NCBI RefSeq assembly: GCF_018350175.1
Contig: NC_058382.1
Location: 58,220,001 to 58,284,000 of the forward strand
Source: Felis catus
Lineage: Eukaryota
DNA: 64,000 nt
Direction: 5' to 3'
In this document: positions 25,280-37,780 of the stretch, in pieces
Position numbering within the stretch: the first letter of the stretch is position 1
How the letters are laid out: each line of letters begins with the position of its first letter
Notes under the pieces: generated by a model
Databases searched by the model: none
Told to the model about the DNA's origin: nothing
Seen by the model: the letters and a program-made list of their open reading frames with translations, nothing else
Made by a program: the position numbers and the translations under genes

Positions 25280-25469
25280 CAGGGGTTGGCGATCTCTGGC
25301 CCACCGCTTGTGTTTGTAAATAAAGTTTTATTGTCCACGCCTCCTCTTCCACGGAGCGTCGGAGAAGGCTTTTGTGCTACAACAGCAATGTCGAGGAGTT
25401 GCAACAAGGCTGGTCAGGCCTGAAATATTCATCACCTGGCCCTTTTCAGAGAAAGTTTGCTGACATCTG
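25280..25469 (+). mobile_element. MER58A (hAT) inserted into a MIR
   Basis: TIR caggggttggc...gtttgctgacatctg, internal tttgtaaataaagttttattg, 8-bp TSD gtgcgagg / gtatgagg. Confidence 0.85.
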
Positions 25470-25573
25470 GTATGAGGGATTAAATGGGCGAATTTTTACA
25501 GGGCACTGAGGACAGTGCCTGCGATGAAGTTAACACGTAGCAAGCGATAGCTATCATAAAAATCATTACCATA

Positions 25574-25776
25574 TTTTTTTACGCTTATTTATTTTTGAGA
25601 GAGAGAGAGAGGGCGCGCACACAGGTGAGCTGAGGAGGGGCAGGGAGAGGATCCTCAGCAGGCTCCTGTCAGCACGAAGCCGGATATGGGGGGCTTCAAC
25701 CCATGAATTGTGAGGTCGTGACCAGAGCCGAACTCGAGGGTCAGACGCTTAATGGACTGAGCCACCCAGGTGCTCC
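25574..25776 (-). mobile_element. Can-SINE, diverged
   Basis: T-rich tail, (GA)n, and reverse-complement head gacgcttaatggactgagccacccaggtgctcc. Confidence 0.9.
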
Positions 25777-25794
25777 CCCCCCCCATTATTACTA

Positions 25795-25886
25795 TTTAAG
25801 TAAGTTCTAGGCCCAACATAGGGCTGGAACCCACGACTCTGAGATCCAGAGTCACATGCTCCGCCAACTGAGCCAGCCAGGTGCCC
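25795..25886 (-). mobile_element. Short Can-SINE-related (tRNA-head) element in tandem with the previous one
   Basis: gggctggaacccacgactctgagatccagagtcacatgctccgccaactgagccagccaggtgccc. Confidence 0.75.
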
Positions 25887-28800
25887 TCCAAATTATCATT
25901 AGTAAGGTGGAATTATTTGCAGAAACTCACAGGGCTCCTTAGTGGTTGGACTGGGACTTGAACTCATGTCTTTGGGCCCGACCCTTGGCCCCCAGGACAC
26001 AGTGTCTGACCTCTGCGTCCTTCCCTGGCAGAGGTCAGGGCTGGTACCCGTGGGAAGGGAGCTGGGGACTGGCGGATGGGTGGGGTCTGCAATGCTTCTT
26101 GGAAAACTTCCGGTTCTGTGTGCTCGTGCGCCCAGCTACCCCCTTTCCTGAACTCCACCAGGTTGCGAACTCCGTGCGGGAGGCGACCGGGTGCTTCCTT
26201 GAGGCCCAGCTCGGCGCCAGGCCAGTAACGACAACAACAAACACAGCAAGGAGGGACGGGTGGTGGAGGCGCTTCTTGCGCGGTGCCCGCTCCGTCGCAG
26301 ACGTGGTGTTCGTGTGAGCCCCCCCCCCCCTTGCCAGCTGAGGACACTGAGGCACGGGGAGGTTGCGGTCAAGCAGACAGTCGGCAGCTCGGCCAGGCTG
26401 TGACGGCAGGCAGTTTGGCTCCAGAGTCCCTGCTTAATAAATATTTGTTGAAGGAGAGCCAGGGAGGGAATTGGCGGTTGGTGGTGGTGGTGATGGCGCC
26501 CTGCCGGCCCCCTTATCTTGTTCCTGGAGTTCACGGCGGGGCGGGGGGTGGGGGGACTCCCCAGCTGTCAGCTAACCCCACCCCGGCCTCATGCTGAACT
26601 CTGGGTGACCCAGGCTGCCCCTCGGGATTGACTGTCCGCTGCTGGGAAGGACACTCCAACTCCAGGGAAGAAACTGAGGCCCAGAGAGGGCTGGGGCTTG
26701 GCCCAAAGCCACACAGCCTGCTGGCGGCTGCTCTCAGAGACTCTGGGTCCCCCTCAGAATATTCCCCTTGCCCCCAGCAGCCTCCCGAGCCTCTGACAGG
26801 CTTGCAAGGGACTTAAGGGCTTCCCCTGCGGGGAGCTGAGGGTGCCCAGGCCGCCTGTGGGGAGCTGCCTGGATTTCATTTGGGCGCCCAGACCGCTGCC
26901 AGAAAGCCCCAGCCTGAGGCTGGGTGTGGGTCTCTGCGCAGGCCCACCTGGGCCGATGGAGGGGGCTGGAGGGGCCTGGAGGCGAGGGCAGGCTGCCAGC
27001 CTCCCCCCCCCCCCCCGCCCGTCCTCAGGTGTCTGCTGGGGGCAGGGGGTGGGGGGGGCAGAGCTGGGAGGGGGGGTGATGGAGCTCAGGCCCGGCCTCT
27101 GGCCCGACCTGGGAAGCTGCTGGGCGGTTAGCAGAGCCGTGGCTTTGGGGCGGGCTCTGGAACCACCCAAGGCCTGCTCTGGGGGCAGGCTGGGCCTACA
27201 GGGATCTGAGTCAGATAAAAGGACAACATTGCTATTTCGGTTGTGATTGAGAAAGCTGCTTATTTACAGCTCAGAAACTCAGCGGGGACAAGCATTTCGG
27301 CTCCCATCTAGCACTTTCCAGGCAGTCACTAATTAATCTTCTGATACCCCTGAGACCTGGGGAGGGGCTGCCACATTTCCATCTGTCGGCTGGGAAAGCC
27401 AGGGGCCTTTTGTCCCAGCTGTGGCCCAGCCCTTCTCCGAGGGGCCTGCTCTGGTTCCCACCCCCCTGCTCAATTTGGTTCTCATTAAGATTTTTTTCTT
27501 GCTTAAATGTGTTGTTGTTACTCCATGGGTGGGAATCTGATACAGCCCCACTGGAAACTCTCCTGCTTCTTATCTCCTTGACTCTTGGAGTCAGGAAAAG
27601 TTTCTTTTATGCTCCTGGAGCGAAGAGTCATTATGATGCCTGGATTCCTGCCCTCGGCTGGGGCAGGGTGATTCTCTTCCTCCGGTGCAGGGGTGCGGAG
27701 GGCAGTGGGAGGCTCGAGGGGCAGCTGGCCAGGGCCACCCAGCTCCCAGAGGCCGAGCCTGTAGGATGAAACCTGTAGACCTGGGCTGCGTTTCCAAGTC
27801 TGGTGCTCCATAGCCCTTGTCCCACTTCCCCCTGGATGTGGACATGACGTGCCCACCCCCCCGCCCCCGGGGGCAAGTGTGGACGGGCCCCTCCAGTCAT
27901 CTGGTCTACCCTGGCATTTGCAGCTAAGAAAACAAGACTTGTAATTCTCCTTAGACTTTTGGTGACATCGGGTCGGTGGACGGGGCCTCTTTGTTTACAA
28001 GGGGACGTCCTCTCATCATCTACTTTGCAGGAAAAAAAAAAAGAAAAAATCAGGCTTTTGTCACCCCTAAAGTAGCCTTTCCCAAAGGGTGACGGAGCCC
28101 CATGTTTGAGGATGTCAGCAAAGCAGTCGCTCATCCATATTTGGGATTGTCTCTCCTTGGTGGTCTAGCTACACAATCAGCTGAAATTTTGCAGCCACGG
28201 GGTGGGGGCCGGGGGGAGGGGGGAGTACATTAGAAGGGAAGAGGGAATTTGGGGGTGAGGGAATAAAAATGGATGCCGTGCTTTTTTGTGTGTTTTTAAG
28301 AGCTCCATATAGATTTAAAGTCCTTTTGTTAATTTAGGAACATAAAACTGTGTGATGTATAGCTTGCTTTGCTCGTAAAATTACTAAGTGTGGCATATTT
28401 AGAGATGTGAGAGCTTGGGGTAAAAGGGAAAAAAAATCAGTGAGACTTTTTTTTTTTTTTTTACAAGTCTTTAGGGGGAAAATGCGTTTTTCTGGCTTTT
28501 TCCCCCTGATGCCAGGCCCTCCGCAGCTCTGGCTGGGATTGGTGGTTACCCTCAGCCCAGATCGCAGCCAAGCTGGAAGCTGGAGGGGGTGCTGGTGTGG
28601 GCTGGCCGGGTTTGAGCTAAGCCAGGTCCAGATCTCGCCCCCAGAGCCCGAGTCCACCCCGTCCCAGAAGCCCCCGGCCTGGCTGCCCTGTCTTCCTCCT
28701 GCCGAGAGACAGGAAGCGCCCTCTGACCAGGCCTGGACCGCCGCCCAGTGGGCATTTGGCCACTTGCTTAATGGCCTGCAGGGTTGGGAAGTCACGGAAC

Positions 28801-30748
28801 ATTGGACTTGGAAGGGACCTCAGAGGTCAGATGGCCCAGCCCCTCCCTTCTCTCCGTTTGGTGGTCTCCTACGGGGCCTGGGTTCTTAGAATGTTGCTTT
28901 TCACATAGACACACATGTGTGCGTGTGACCCCGTTCTCCCCTCCTGGGGCACAGAACAGGTCTGTGCCCCCTCCCCCAGCCGGGCAAGGCTCCCCCTGCG
29001 GGCTGCCAGGCCCTGCACCCTGTCGACCTACGTTGGCGGGAGCGGCAAAGGAGGTCTGTGTCTTGTCCCCTGCCTGCTCCGGGAACAACAACCAGGGAGG
29101 GAGGCGAACGAGGACGGAGTGCCCTGGAGTCTCCTGCGATCACCCTGGCGGAGGAAATCCAGGAAGGCTCCTCGGGGAAGGTGGCATTGAAGGCCGGCCT
29201 TGGGAGGGAGGACCACCGAGGGGGTGAGGCTGAGTGGAAGGAGGCTGGTACCGTGAAGGGGGCTGAACCAACAAGAACAGAAAAGCTGTGTGTTCAGGGT
29301 GCCTCCGGAGTGCTGGGGACTGAGCGCCGGCCATTCCCACCCTGGTGGTCGCAGACGTGCGGATTGAGAAGTCCAGGGGCACAAATGCTGGTGTGTGCAG
29401 AATCTTCTGGAAGCACAGGGGAGGCAACTGTTGGGATTAAGCTGGGGGTGGAGGCAGTGTCTGAGAGGCCGTGGGGAGGAGGAGGGGACATTGGGGCTGG
29501 CCTTCCTCCTTGCGGGCGGCCCCCCCACCCTCACCTGTCGGGCACTTGAGACGGAAGGCGGCCAATCCTACCCCGGGGCTCGGCAGTGCCATCTAGTGGC
29601 GGGGTTCTGAAGCCTGTGCGCCCTTCAGAGAGCTGCGGGCTCCAGACCCCAGAGGCCAGACAGATGCGTCAGGACCAGGGGGCAGGGCAGACAGGGCCCA
29701 GCTGGGAAGCAGAGCTGACCCCCGCAGGGGCCGGTGGCCTCCCAGGAAGGATACTTGCAGAGGGAGGGGAGAGCTTGGTGAGGCGGAATAAAGCGGTGGG
29801 GGAGGAAATGACCCCCTAGGGTGGGTGGGAGCCACATTTTGGAGGGTCTTGGTGTCATAAGGCCAGTGGCACGTGAGTTGGATTGTGTTGCAAGGGGTGG
29901 GGGGAACCCAGGGCTTTAAAGCAGCGAGGTTCTTTCTGTTCTTTCAGCGCGGGTTTGCAACGCGCCAGGCACCGGACCAGACGCGTGGAAATACAGCCGA
30001 GGAGCCCCCGGGGGCCGTCCCTTCCTGGAGCGCCTAGTTTGGGCGCCAGCTCGTCGCACTGTGTCCCCCGTGTGATGCAGACTCTGGAAAAAAGGAGAGC
30101 AGGGGAGGGGGTGGGGGTTGCTGGAGTGTGGGTGGAGGCCACTTTGTCCCGGTGGCCAGAAAGGTCGGTGTTAGCCTGGTGAAATGTGAGGGGCAGGGAC
30201 CCAGGCTAAGGGTCCTGCATGTGCAAAGGCCCTGGGGCGCCAAGGACGTATGTACGGACGTGTGGCCACCGGGCACGTGCCGTGGAGAGCAGGGTAGAGA
30301 TGAGAGGTGGGGCAGTAGGCCTTGCCCTTGAGCACCCCTCCGGCTGCGGGGCTCAGGTAGATTCCAGGCGGTCGGGGCAGCAGGGACACCAGGGTGCGGG
30401 GACTGCCATGGCCCCAGGCGAGAGACAGGTGGCAGGCTAGACTGGGTTGGCAGTGTGGAGGCGCTGAGAGGTGGGGAGAGTCTGGAGGTAGAGACGGATT
30501 GGATGGCAGACCGCCTTGGGCCCATCTGTTTGGGGAAGATGGCTCCAGCAGCCTCCTTGTGGAGGCGGACAGTCAGCAGAGGCTTTCCTTAGAGTGAGGG
30601 GGTCCTGCGGCAGGAGGGCGGGCTGGGGGGCGCCTCTGAGCCCAGGGTCTGTGAGGAAGAGCAGGAGTGCCTGTCCGGCCTGCGGCCCCGGCGTCTGCAA
30701 GGAGAGGTCAAAGTACGGACAGTCAAGGCTGAGTGTGGGCCAACGTCT

Positions 30749-30929
30749 CAGCGGTTCTCAAAGCGGGGTTCCCCAGCCAGCAGCATTGGCACCGCTTGGG
30801 AGCTGTCAAGAGGTACAGATTCTCGGGGGACCCCACCCCCCCGACCGTCCCGAGGCGGGTCTGGGAGTCTGTGTGCCGACGAGCCCTCCAGAGGATTCCC
30901 ATGCTCGTTCAAGGGTGACAACTGGTCTG
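30749..30929 (+). mobile_element. MER5A
   Basis: cagcggttctcaaagcggggttccccagccagcagcatt...gagccctccagaggattcccatgctcgttcaagggtgacaact. Confidence 0.75.
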
Positions 30930-32629
30930 ACCCTTGTCCCGACTATGGAAACTGAGCCCGATGGCTGAGTTCCCGAGGAAGATTGGGAATGGGGTTGACA
31001 TTTCCTTGGAAGGGGGTCCTCGGTGAGTGAAAGCCGCCCCCCACCCCCAGCTTCAGCCCGTCGCCACTGCAGCCGGGTGTAGAGGAATCGGGAAGGAAGG
31101 GTATCCCGTCTTCCAGGTGGCCTCCCGGAGGAGGTGGTAATGACCGAGGGCTGAGGTCGGCCGTGGGCTCTGCCTGGCGGGCGGGGCCAGCTCAGGCCCT
31201 GCAGCTCTGGTCTTAACCAGCAGGGAAGCTGGGCGGAGAGCCTTGGGTTCAATTCTGCCTTTGCTCCCCACTGGCCATGTGGCTCTGGGCAGATTCCTTC
31301 TGTTCTCTGGGCCTCGGCGTGTTTGTTCATCAAATGCCGCCAGTGGGGTCGGCGTGAGCACTCGATGGGTCAGTCTGTGGACCGAGCGCTCTAGGACCCT
31401 TAGCTTCGGGGGCTGTTCCGGCTACGGGCCTGTGTCTCAGACTCTGGACTGGGGCCGGAGAAGGGGGCCCTTCCCAAGAGACCTGGCTGAGTCATTCTTG
31501 ACAGGGGCAGTGGCCGGGGCGGGGAAGGCACTGCCCCTCGGCCCCCGTGGGGCTGGGCAGGCCAGCGAGGAGTTCAGGGCCACTTTGCTCAGACTCCCGA
31601 AATGGCTGTCGGCCAGCCAGGGCTCACACAGCGGCCTGGTCACAAGATGGCAAGTTCTGAATAAGTAAAGAAGAAACAGAATCACTTTGATCAGATGGTC
31701 CCAGCTCTTCTCCCGCTGTCCCCCCCCCGGCCCCCCACCGTCAGAAACGCCCAATCGGGTGCACCCCAGCGCCCTACGTCTTATTGGATGAAGGGTGTCA
31801 TTGCCGGACCGTCCTCCGTGGAGGGTTTCCTTTTAATGAATTCCTTCTCCGACCTCCCCACCCCGAAGGACTCCAGTGTCACCCTCCAGCGAGTGGCCGA
31901 GCCCCGGGGCCCACAGCACCTTGTCTCCTGCACTGGGGCCCCTTTGAAGCTGCCCGCCACTCGTCCCCACCCCCTTGTCACTCTTGCCCTATAATTCATT
32001 TAGGATTAGCTTTTAGACCTCCTCGCCAGTCCTAACTTCTGTTGCCTTGGTAACTGTCAACCGTTTGCTGGTTTCCCGTGATTATCTGACAAGAGGAAGG
32101 GGGGGGGCGGGCGGGGAACATAAAGAAAGGGGGAGGAGACAGTGCCTGGGTCTTAATCGAGCTCACTGGAGGGGCCCAGCGGGCGGGCTGCTTGCTGGGG
32201 GAGCAGTTGGGTAGGTGAGGCCGGGCGGCAGCTGCGTGCGGGAGGGGTGGGGTGGGGTGGGGTGCGGGGGGCGGTTCACACAGGCTGCCCCCCACCCCTC
32301 TGGGAATGAGTGCGAACAGTATCAGGAGCCTGCTGGATCTTCAGGGCCCAGGGACAAAGGTGTCACCCGCCCCCCCCCCCCCTTCCCTTTTGGGAAGTTT
32401 CCACTGGCAGATGGATTTCAACCCGTCTCCACTGCAGCACCAACCACAGGATGCCCGGGCAGGGGTGGGCAGGCCAGGCCAGACCGGCAGCCGGGGGACG
32501 GGTGCGTGGGTGTGCGGGGCACCAGGCCGCCCGGGCTGGGACGGAGGGAGTGTCCGTGAGCACGCGTGTGACCACATGGAGCGATAATCGTGGATGTTGC
32601 GGCTGAGCTCAGGAGCTCACAGAGGGCGC

Positions 32630-32995
32630 GGCGGGCACAGCTGGTCTCTGCCCCGGGACAAGGACCGCTGGATGCAGAGGGGTTTCGGCGGCCAGCCCCT
32701 GGACCCCTCTGAGGGCCTGTCACGCTCGTGCCTGGTGGTTCGTGCCGGCTGGTGGCCCCCGGCCGCCTCCCTGTGACCCCTGCGTGTGGCTTGGGCTTCC
32801 TCACGACCTGGTGGCCTCGGGAGAGCTGGTACTTCTTAGGAGGCAGCTTGGGGCTCCAGAGGCGGATGTCCTGGCCCGCAAGGGGGAAACTGCACGGCCT
32901 CTTAGGATCTAGCCCCGGGGCGGGTCACGCCGTGTCACTTACGACACCACGTTGGGCACGTGTGGGATCGCGGTCCACCCACCTGCGGTCCCCGT
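32630..32995 (-). mobile_element. MLT1G/H-type MaLR LTR fragment, GC-shifted
   Basis: gtgtggcttgggcttcctcacgacctggtggcctc...acttcttagg...ggctccaga...aaactgcacggcctcttaggatctagcc...gtcacgccgtgtcactt. Confidence 0.65.
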
Positions 32996-35609
32996 TTCCA
33001 GGCCGGCGTTGGTGGTGGCCTGGCCTTTCGCAGGGGGGGGAGAAGATTTCGTGGTCTTCCAGAGTCAGCTTCGAAAGTGATGCTTCCGTGGAGCAGGGGC
33101 CGGGCGCTCTGACGGCACCTTCCGGGGCGGGTTCGGGTTCAGGTTCGGGTTCGGGCGCCTTCCTGGGCAGAGGGCCCCCCCCCCCCCCCCGCTTCAGGTT
33201 CACCAGCCCTGCGTGGATGAGGGCCGTCCCTCGAGGCGGGGGCACTTTCACCCGTCCCGGCAGGAAGAGCAGCCCCCTCAGCGGCATCCGTGGGGCGACG
33301 CCAGTGCCTTCTGGGGAGCTGCTAATGAGCTATGCCTGGTTTTTATGAAACGCCGTGGTAAATTATTAATTTGGGCCAGAAATGAAAGTGTAGAACCGGA
33401 TGGGCTCATGAATATTCATCCTTGACTCTAGCATGCCAGGGTTGATCAGCGGCTGGAGCAGCCAGCCCCACTCCTGACCCAGATTCGGGGCTAGTTCTGT
33501 GGGGAGGAGGCCCTCGGGAGAGCCGTGCTCCCCTCCCTCAGTTTCTCCGTCCGTCGATGGGGCTGATAACCCACAGCCCGTCGGCACAGTCGCGGCTAGA
33601 CCAGCCTGAGCGAAGAGGCCCTAAAGTCAGAGGGTTCCGGACCCGGCCGGTTGGCACTGTGCGGTTGCCAGTGATGTTGATGTCTCTGTGACAAGGGACA
33701 GAAGCCCCCACCCCCCCACTCCTCTGCTCCTGTCTTAGGGTCTCCTGGGGCTCAGCGCTGGGGAGCCCCTAAAGATGAGCACCCTTTGGTCTCATGGGCA
33801 CCCTTTGGTTCTGGAGCCTGATTGGGGTTAGTGCCGCTGAGGGCCCTCCCCCGTCCGTGTGTGAACCTCGTGGTACGTTAGCATCCCCAGCTGGTTCTGT
33901 TCCTAGGGTGGTTCCTTACTCCTAAGGGAGCCTGGCGCGACAGGAGAGCTCAGGGACTCCAAAGCAGGGCGGCCAGGGCTCGAACCCGGACTCCGCCATG
34001 GACTCCTTGTTAGGTCGTGGGCGGGCTGCTTAGACGGCCGCGGTTTGCCTGTGCAGGTGCGGAGCGTGGCACTTCCTGAGCTGGCTGGGAGCATTGAGAG
34101 GGATCGAACGTTTCACGTGCCCCTCGCGGCGTGGTAGGCTCTCTGTGGCGTTGACCTGCTGTTGGCACTGTCGTTAGTGTGGCTCTCGTCGTCTCATTTC
34201 CTGCAGGGATTGGAGCTCGGGGGCTAGGCGCGCCCAGGCCTCCGCGGCTCGGTGCCCCGGCACAGGGGGCATTTCCTGGGGACCGCAGTGTTGGGTTAAT
34301 GTGTGTTTTCCCTGCTTCTTGGGAACCGACGCGGTGTGCCCGCGGGGAGGGCCTTGGAACCACATCAGGCTCGTGTGGCTTTCAGTGGGTCCCTCTGGGG
34401 TCCTTGCACCTGCCCTCTGCCTGGACAGGCGCCTTTGTGTTGCAACCCCCCGGGGACTGCCTCTGCGTGGAGCTGAAGCCACTTCCTGCCTGAGGTCCTG
34501 GGGTGGAGGTGGGGGTTTCGATCCTCTGCTTGGCAGAAGAGGACACGGAAAAGTGAGGTTTCTGGCAGCTTCCGGGGTTAGAGCCAGATAGGAAGTGCGG
34601 CCGCGGGTTCCCAGGCCGAACCAGCCGCCCCTTTGGCTCTGGGAGGGGGCCGGCTGACCGGCCAGATGGGATTCAGCGTCACCTGTCTGAGCCCCAGGCC
34701 CACAGGCCGCTTTGGGGGCCTCCGCCAGGACGGGGGAGTTCTGGGCGGCCTTGGCCCTTGGCCCCTGTGAGCCTTCGGGGCCTTGGCATCGGGGGAGATG
34801 GTCAGAGCCCAGAGCACGTGGGAGGCTGCCAGGTGTGTGGCTGTGGGAGGGAGCGTGCTGGGGGAGGAAGGACCTCGCCCTTGACCTGCCTCTGCCAGGG
34901 CTTCTCAGGGGCCTCGAGGGTCCGCAGGTGGGCTGCTGGCAGGCTCTTGGAGATCTGACACCTGCTGTGTGACAAAGCCGATGCGCCCCAGCGTGGCCTG
35001 CAGAGAGGTTCACGAAAAGCCTGTGAGGTTTTATGTGGCTTATTGAAACCAAGAACTCCACCCGCCTGCTTTTCATCCTGGTTTTGATGCCTTTGACTCA
35101 GGGCCCTGTCACCTCCCAGGTGCTCTGCCCGGAGAGAGGCAGTCAACGGGTCAGACCGGTGGGGCGAGCCGAGTGGAAGGAATAATAAAGCAAATAGCCC
35201 GCAACCAACTTTGTTCTCCTTGCCCCGGTTTGGAAGGAGCTGCTGGCTTCTTGCAGCTGTTGCCGCTGCTGGGGGGGCAGCTCCCGAGCACCTGCTGGGT
35301 GCCAGGCCCGAGAGGGGCGGAGGGCGGGCGGGATCGAAAGTGAGTCACAGGTCATGCCTTCAGGGCCCTCCTGGCCACCTGAGGAGGGGAGGGACTTGGC
35401 CGGGAGTGGGCTGCAAGGTTCTGGGCTTGGAAAGATGCAGCCTCCGGGGGCTCAAGAGGACAGAAAGTTCCCGTGCGGCTGGAGAGATCTGGGAGGACTT
35501 CCTGCGGGAGGTGGTGTTGGAAGCAGACATTGAAGAATCAGTGGGTTTGGAAGGGGGAGCAGCCCCCAAGGTCATCGGCCACCCTCCCCAGGCTCAGTGG
35601 CACGGATGT

Positions 35610-36015
35610 GGCTGGTCCGTAGGCCACACGTTGGCCTAGCCACATGTGACCATTGACACACAATTTTTTTTTTAAGTTTATTTATTTGTTTTTGAGAGGG
35701 AGACAGACAGAGCGAGTGCGGGAGGGGCAGAGAGAGAGAGGGAGAGAGAGAGAGAATCCCAAGCCGGCTCCGCAGTGTCAGTGCAGAGCCCGATGTGGGG
35801 CTCGAACTCACAAACCACGATCTGAGCTGAAACCGAGAGTCGGACGCTTAACGGACTGAGCCCGCCAGGCGCCCCCTATTGAAACACAATTAAAATGAAA
35901 CAGAATCAAAACTTAAGTTCCTCGGTCACACCAGCCCTGTAGCTGTGTGGGGCCATGGCCACCTTGTGGGACGCCCTGTAGGGCAAGAGAGCTGTCCGTC
36001 ATCACAGAAAGTCCC
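35610..36015 (-). mobile_element. MER3-like (hAT-Charlie) fossil, split by a Can-SINE
   Basis: ctagccacatgtgaccatt ... aattaaaatgaaacagaatcaaaacttaagttcctcggtcacaccagcc ... ccgtcatcacagaaagt. Confidence 0.65.
35666..35876 (-). mobile_element. Can-SINE inserted into a MER3-like element
   Basis: T tail, (GA)n, ggggctcgaactcacaaaccacga, head cggacgcttaacggactgagcccgccaggcgcccc. TSD attgacacacaatt / attgaaacacaatt. Confidence 0.92.
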
Positions 36016-37043
36016 CTCGGAAGGCACTGGGCTCACGACCTGGGGGGGACGCCTTTAGGGGCCGGGAGGCCCCTGGGAGCCCGAGGAGGGGTCTTGGCTG
36101 TGTTTGGAGCCATAGGGACCTCCCGGAGCAGGGAGGTTGACCTGCCTGCACCACTGGACACGGAAAGGACGGGAGCAGAGGGGGACAGTCCAGAGGTGAC
36201 GAGAGCCCAGGTGAGGGAGCCCTGACAGGGGTCAGGCCGGCGGTGGCACGTGTGGGTGACAAGGGCCATGGAGGAGGTAGGAGTGAGGGACATGAAATGG
36301 GGAAGTGAGTTGGGATGGGGGTGGGGACAGAAACCGCCAAGTGACAGTTTGATGATGAAAGGAATCGTTTCCATTGTCACGTGGCCCCGGACCTGTGGAC
36401 CAGTTGGAGCCTGGAGCCGTCCCCGTCATTCGGGGGGTGTGCGTGCACAGGCTCGGGGTGTCTCCTTGGGAGGTCTCCAGGCTGGTTCTGTCCCGTGCAT
36501 GCGCACACGCACTCCAGTTCGCTGTCTCGACGCCCCTGGCGTGTGCCTTGCCTTTGTGTGAGCACGCCTCTGGAACGAGCCTCTTCGAGTTCCCACCTCT
36601 CCCTGCTCGGTGTCGGGGGGGGGGGGGCTCTCCCGCCCCTCGGGGCCCCGGCAGCTTAGCATCTCAGTGACATCCTCCCGAGTGCTAGTGCTAGAGAGAC
36701 GATCTGGGGGAAGGGAGGCCTTGAGTCACCCAGAGAGCTTCCTGGAAGAGGCGTGGGCTTCCTCTGTTGAGCCAGGGCATCGCAGGTGAGCGGGATCACA
36801 AGCAGAGGCCTGGGTGTCGGGCTAACTTGGACCGTGAGGAGGGGGTTTGGACCGTGATAGAGAGCGTTGGGGTTTGGGGGCACAGCGGGGTCTGGTACGG
36901 GGGTACCTGGAATCATGGGCAAGGGGGTTAAGGGGCCTCCCGTGGCCACCCCCAGCCGAGTCCTGCCCCATGCGTGGATTGTCTGCCCCCCCCCCCCGGC
37001 CATGTGACCTTGCACGGGCCCTTCCAGCTGTCTGGGTTTCAGG

Positions 37044-37240
37044 TTTTTTGTTCGTTTTTGTTTATTTATTAAGAGAGCGAGCGAGCGAGCACACAAGTGG
37101 GGAAGGGGCAGAGAAAGAGACTCCCAAGTAGGCTCTGTGCGGTCGCACGGAGCCCGACGCGGGGCTCACACCCGTGACCCATGAGCTCCTGACCTGAGCT
37201 GAAGTCAGGCGCTTAACCGACTGAACCACCCAGGCGCCCC
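37044..37240 (-). mobile_element. Can-SINE
   Basis: tttatttattaagagag...cctgacctgagctgaagtcaggcgcttaaccgactgaaccacccaggcgcccc. Confidence 0.92.
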
Positions 37241-37254
37241 TCAGCTGGTTTACT

Positions 37255-37780
37255 TGTTCAGATAAAACCCACACACGGTGAGTTTAGAGGGTGCCGTTCA
37301 GGGGGTTGTAAATACACTCACAGACTTGGGCGGCCGTCACCACTACTTGGTTCCCGAACATTTGTCACCCCCCCCAAAAAAAAAACCAAATCCCTGTCCC
37401 CAAGCGGGTAAGCGGTCATTTCCCGTTTGACCCCGTCATCCAGGCCCTAGGCTGCTGCTCCTCTGGCTCCTGGCTCCCCGGGGCTGCCTGTCCCGACACG
37501 TCCCGTCAGTAGAGTCACATAGGACACCAGCTTCGTCCGCTGAGCCTCGTGTTCATGACGTCATTCGCGGCGTAGCGAGGGCAACGCTGCCTTCCCCTTC
37601 ACGGCCGAGTCAACCCCCCCCCCCCCCACCGTGGGGGCGGACCACATCTGGCTGGTCCCTTCACCCGTTCGCAGATGTCCGTGCCCTTTCCCCCTGTCGG
37701 CTGTTGGAACCACGCGACTGTGAACACGCACACACGAGCTTTTGTGCGAACCGGTGTGTTTTCCCCGAGCCTCTGTTTTC
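37255..37780 (-). mobile_element. Old L1M (L1MB/ME-type) 3' fragment, strongly GC-shifted
   Basis: aaatacactcacagacttgggcggccgtcaccactacttggttcccgaacatttgtcacccc...ctgtgaacacgcacacacgagcttttgtgcgaacc follows the L1M 3'UTR layout. Confidence 0.7.

Noticed and set aside
33128..33156. (GGGTTC)n telomere-like hexamers
   Set aside because: Only about four imperfect copies and not TTAGGG; too short to call an interstitial telomeric sequence.
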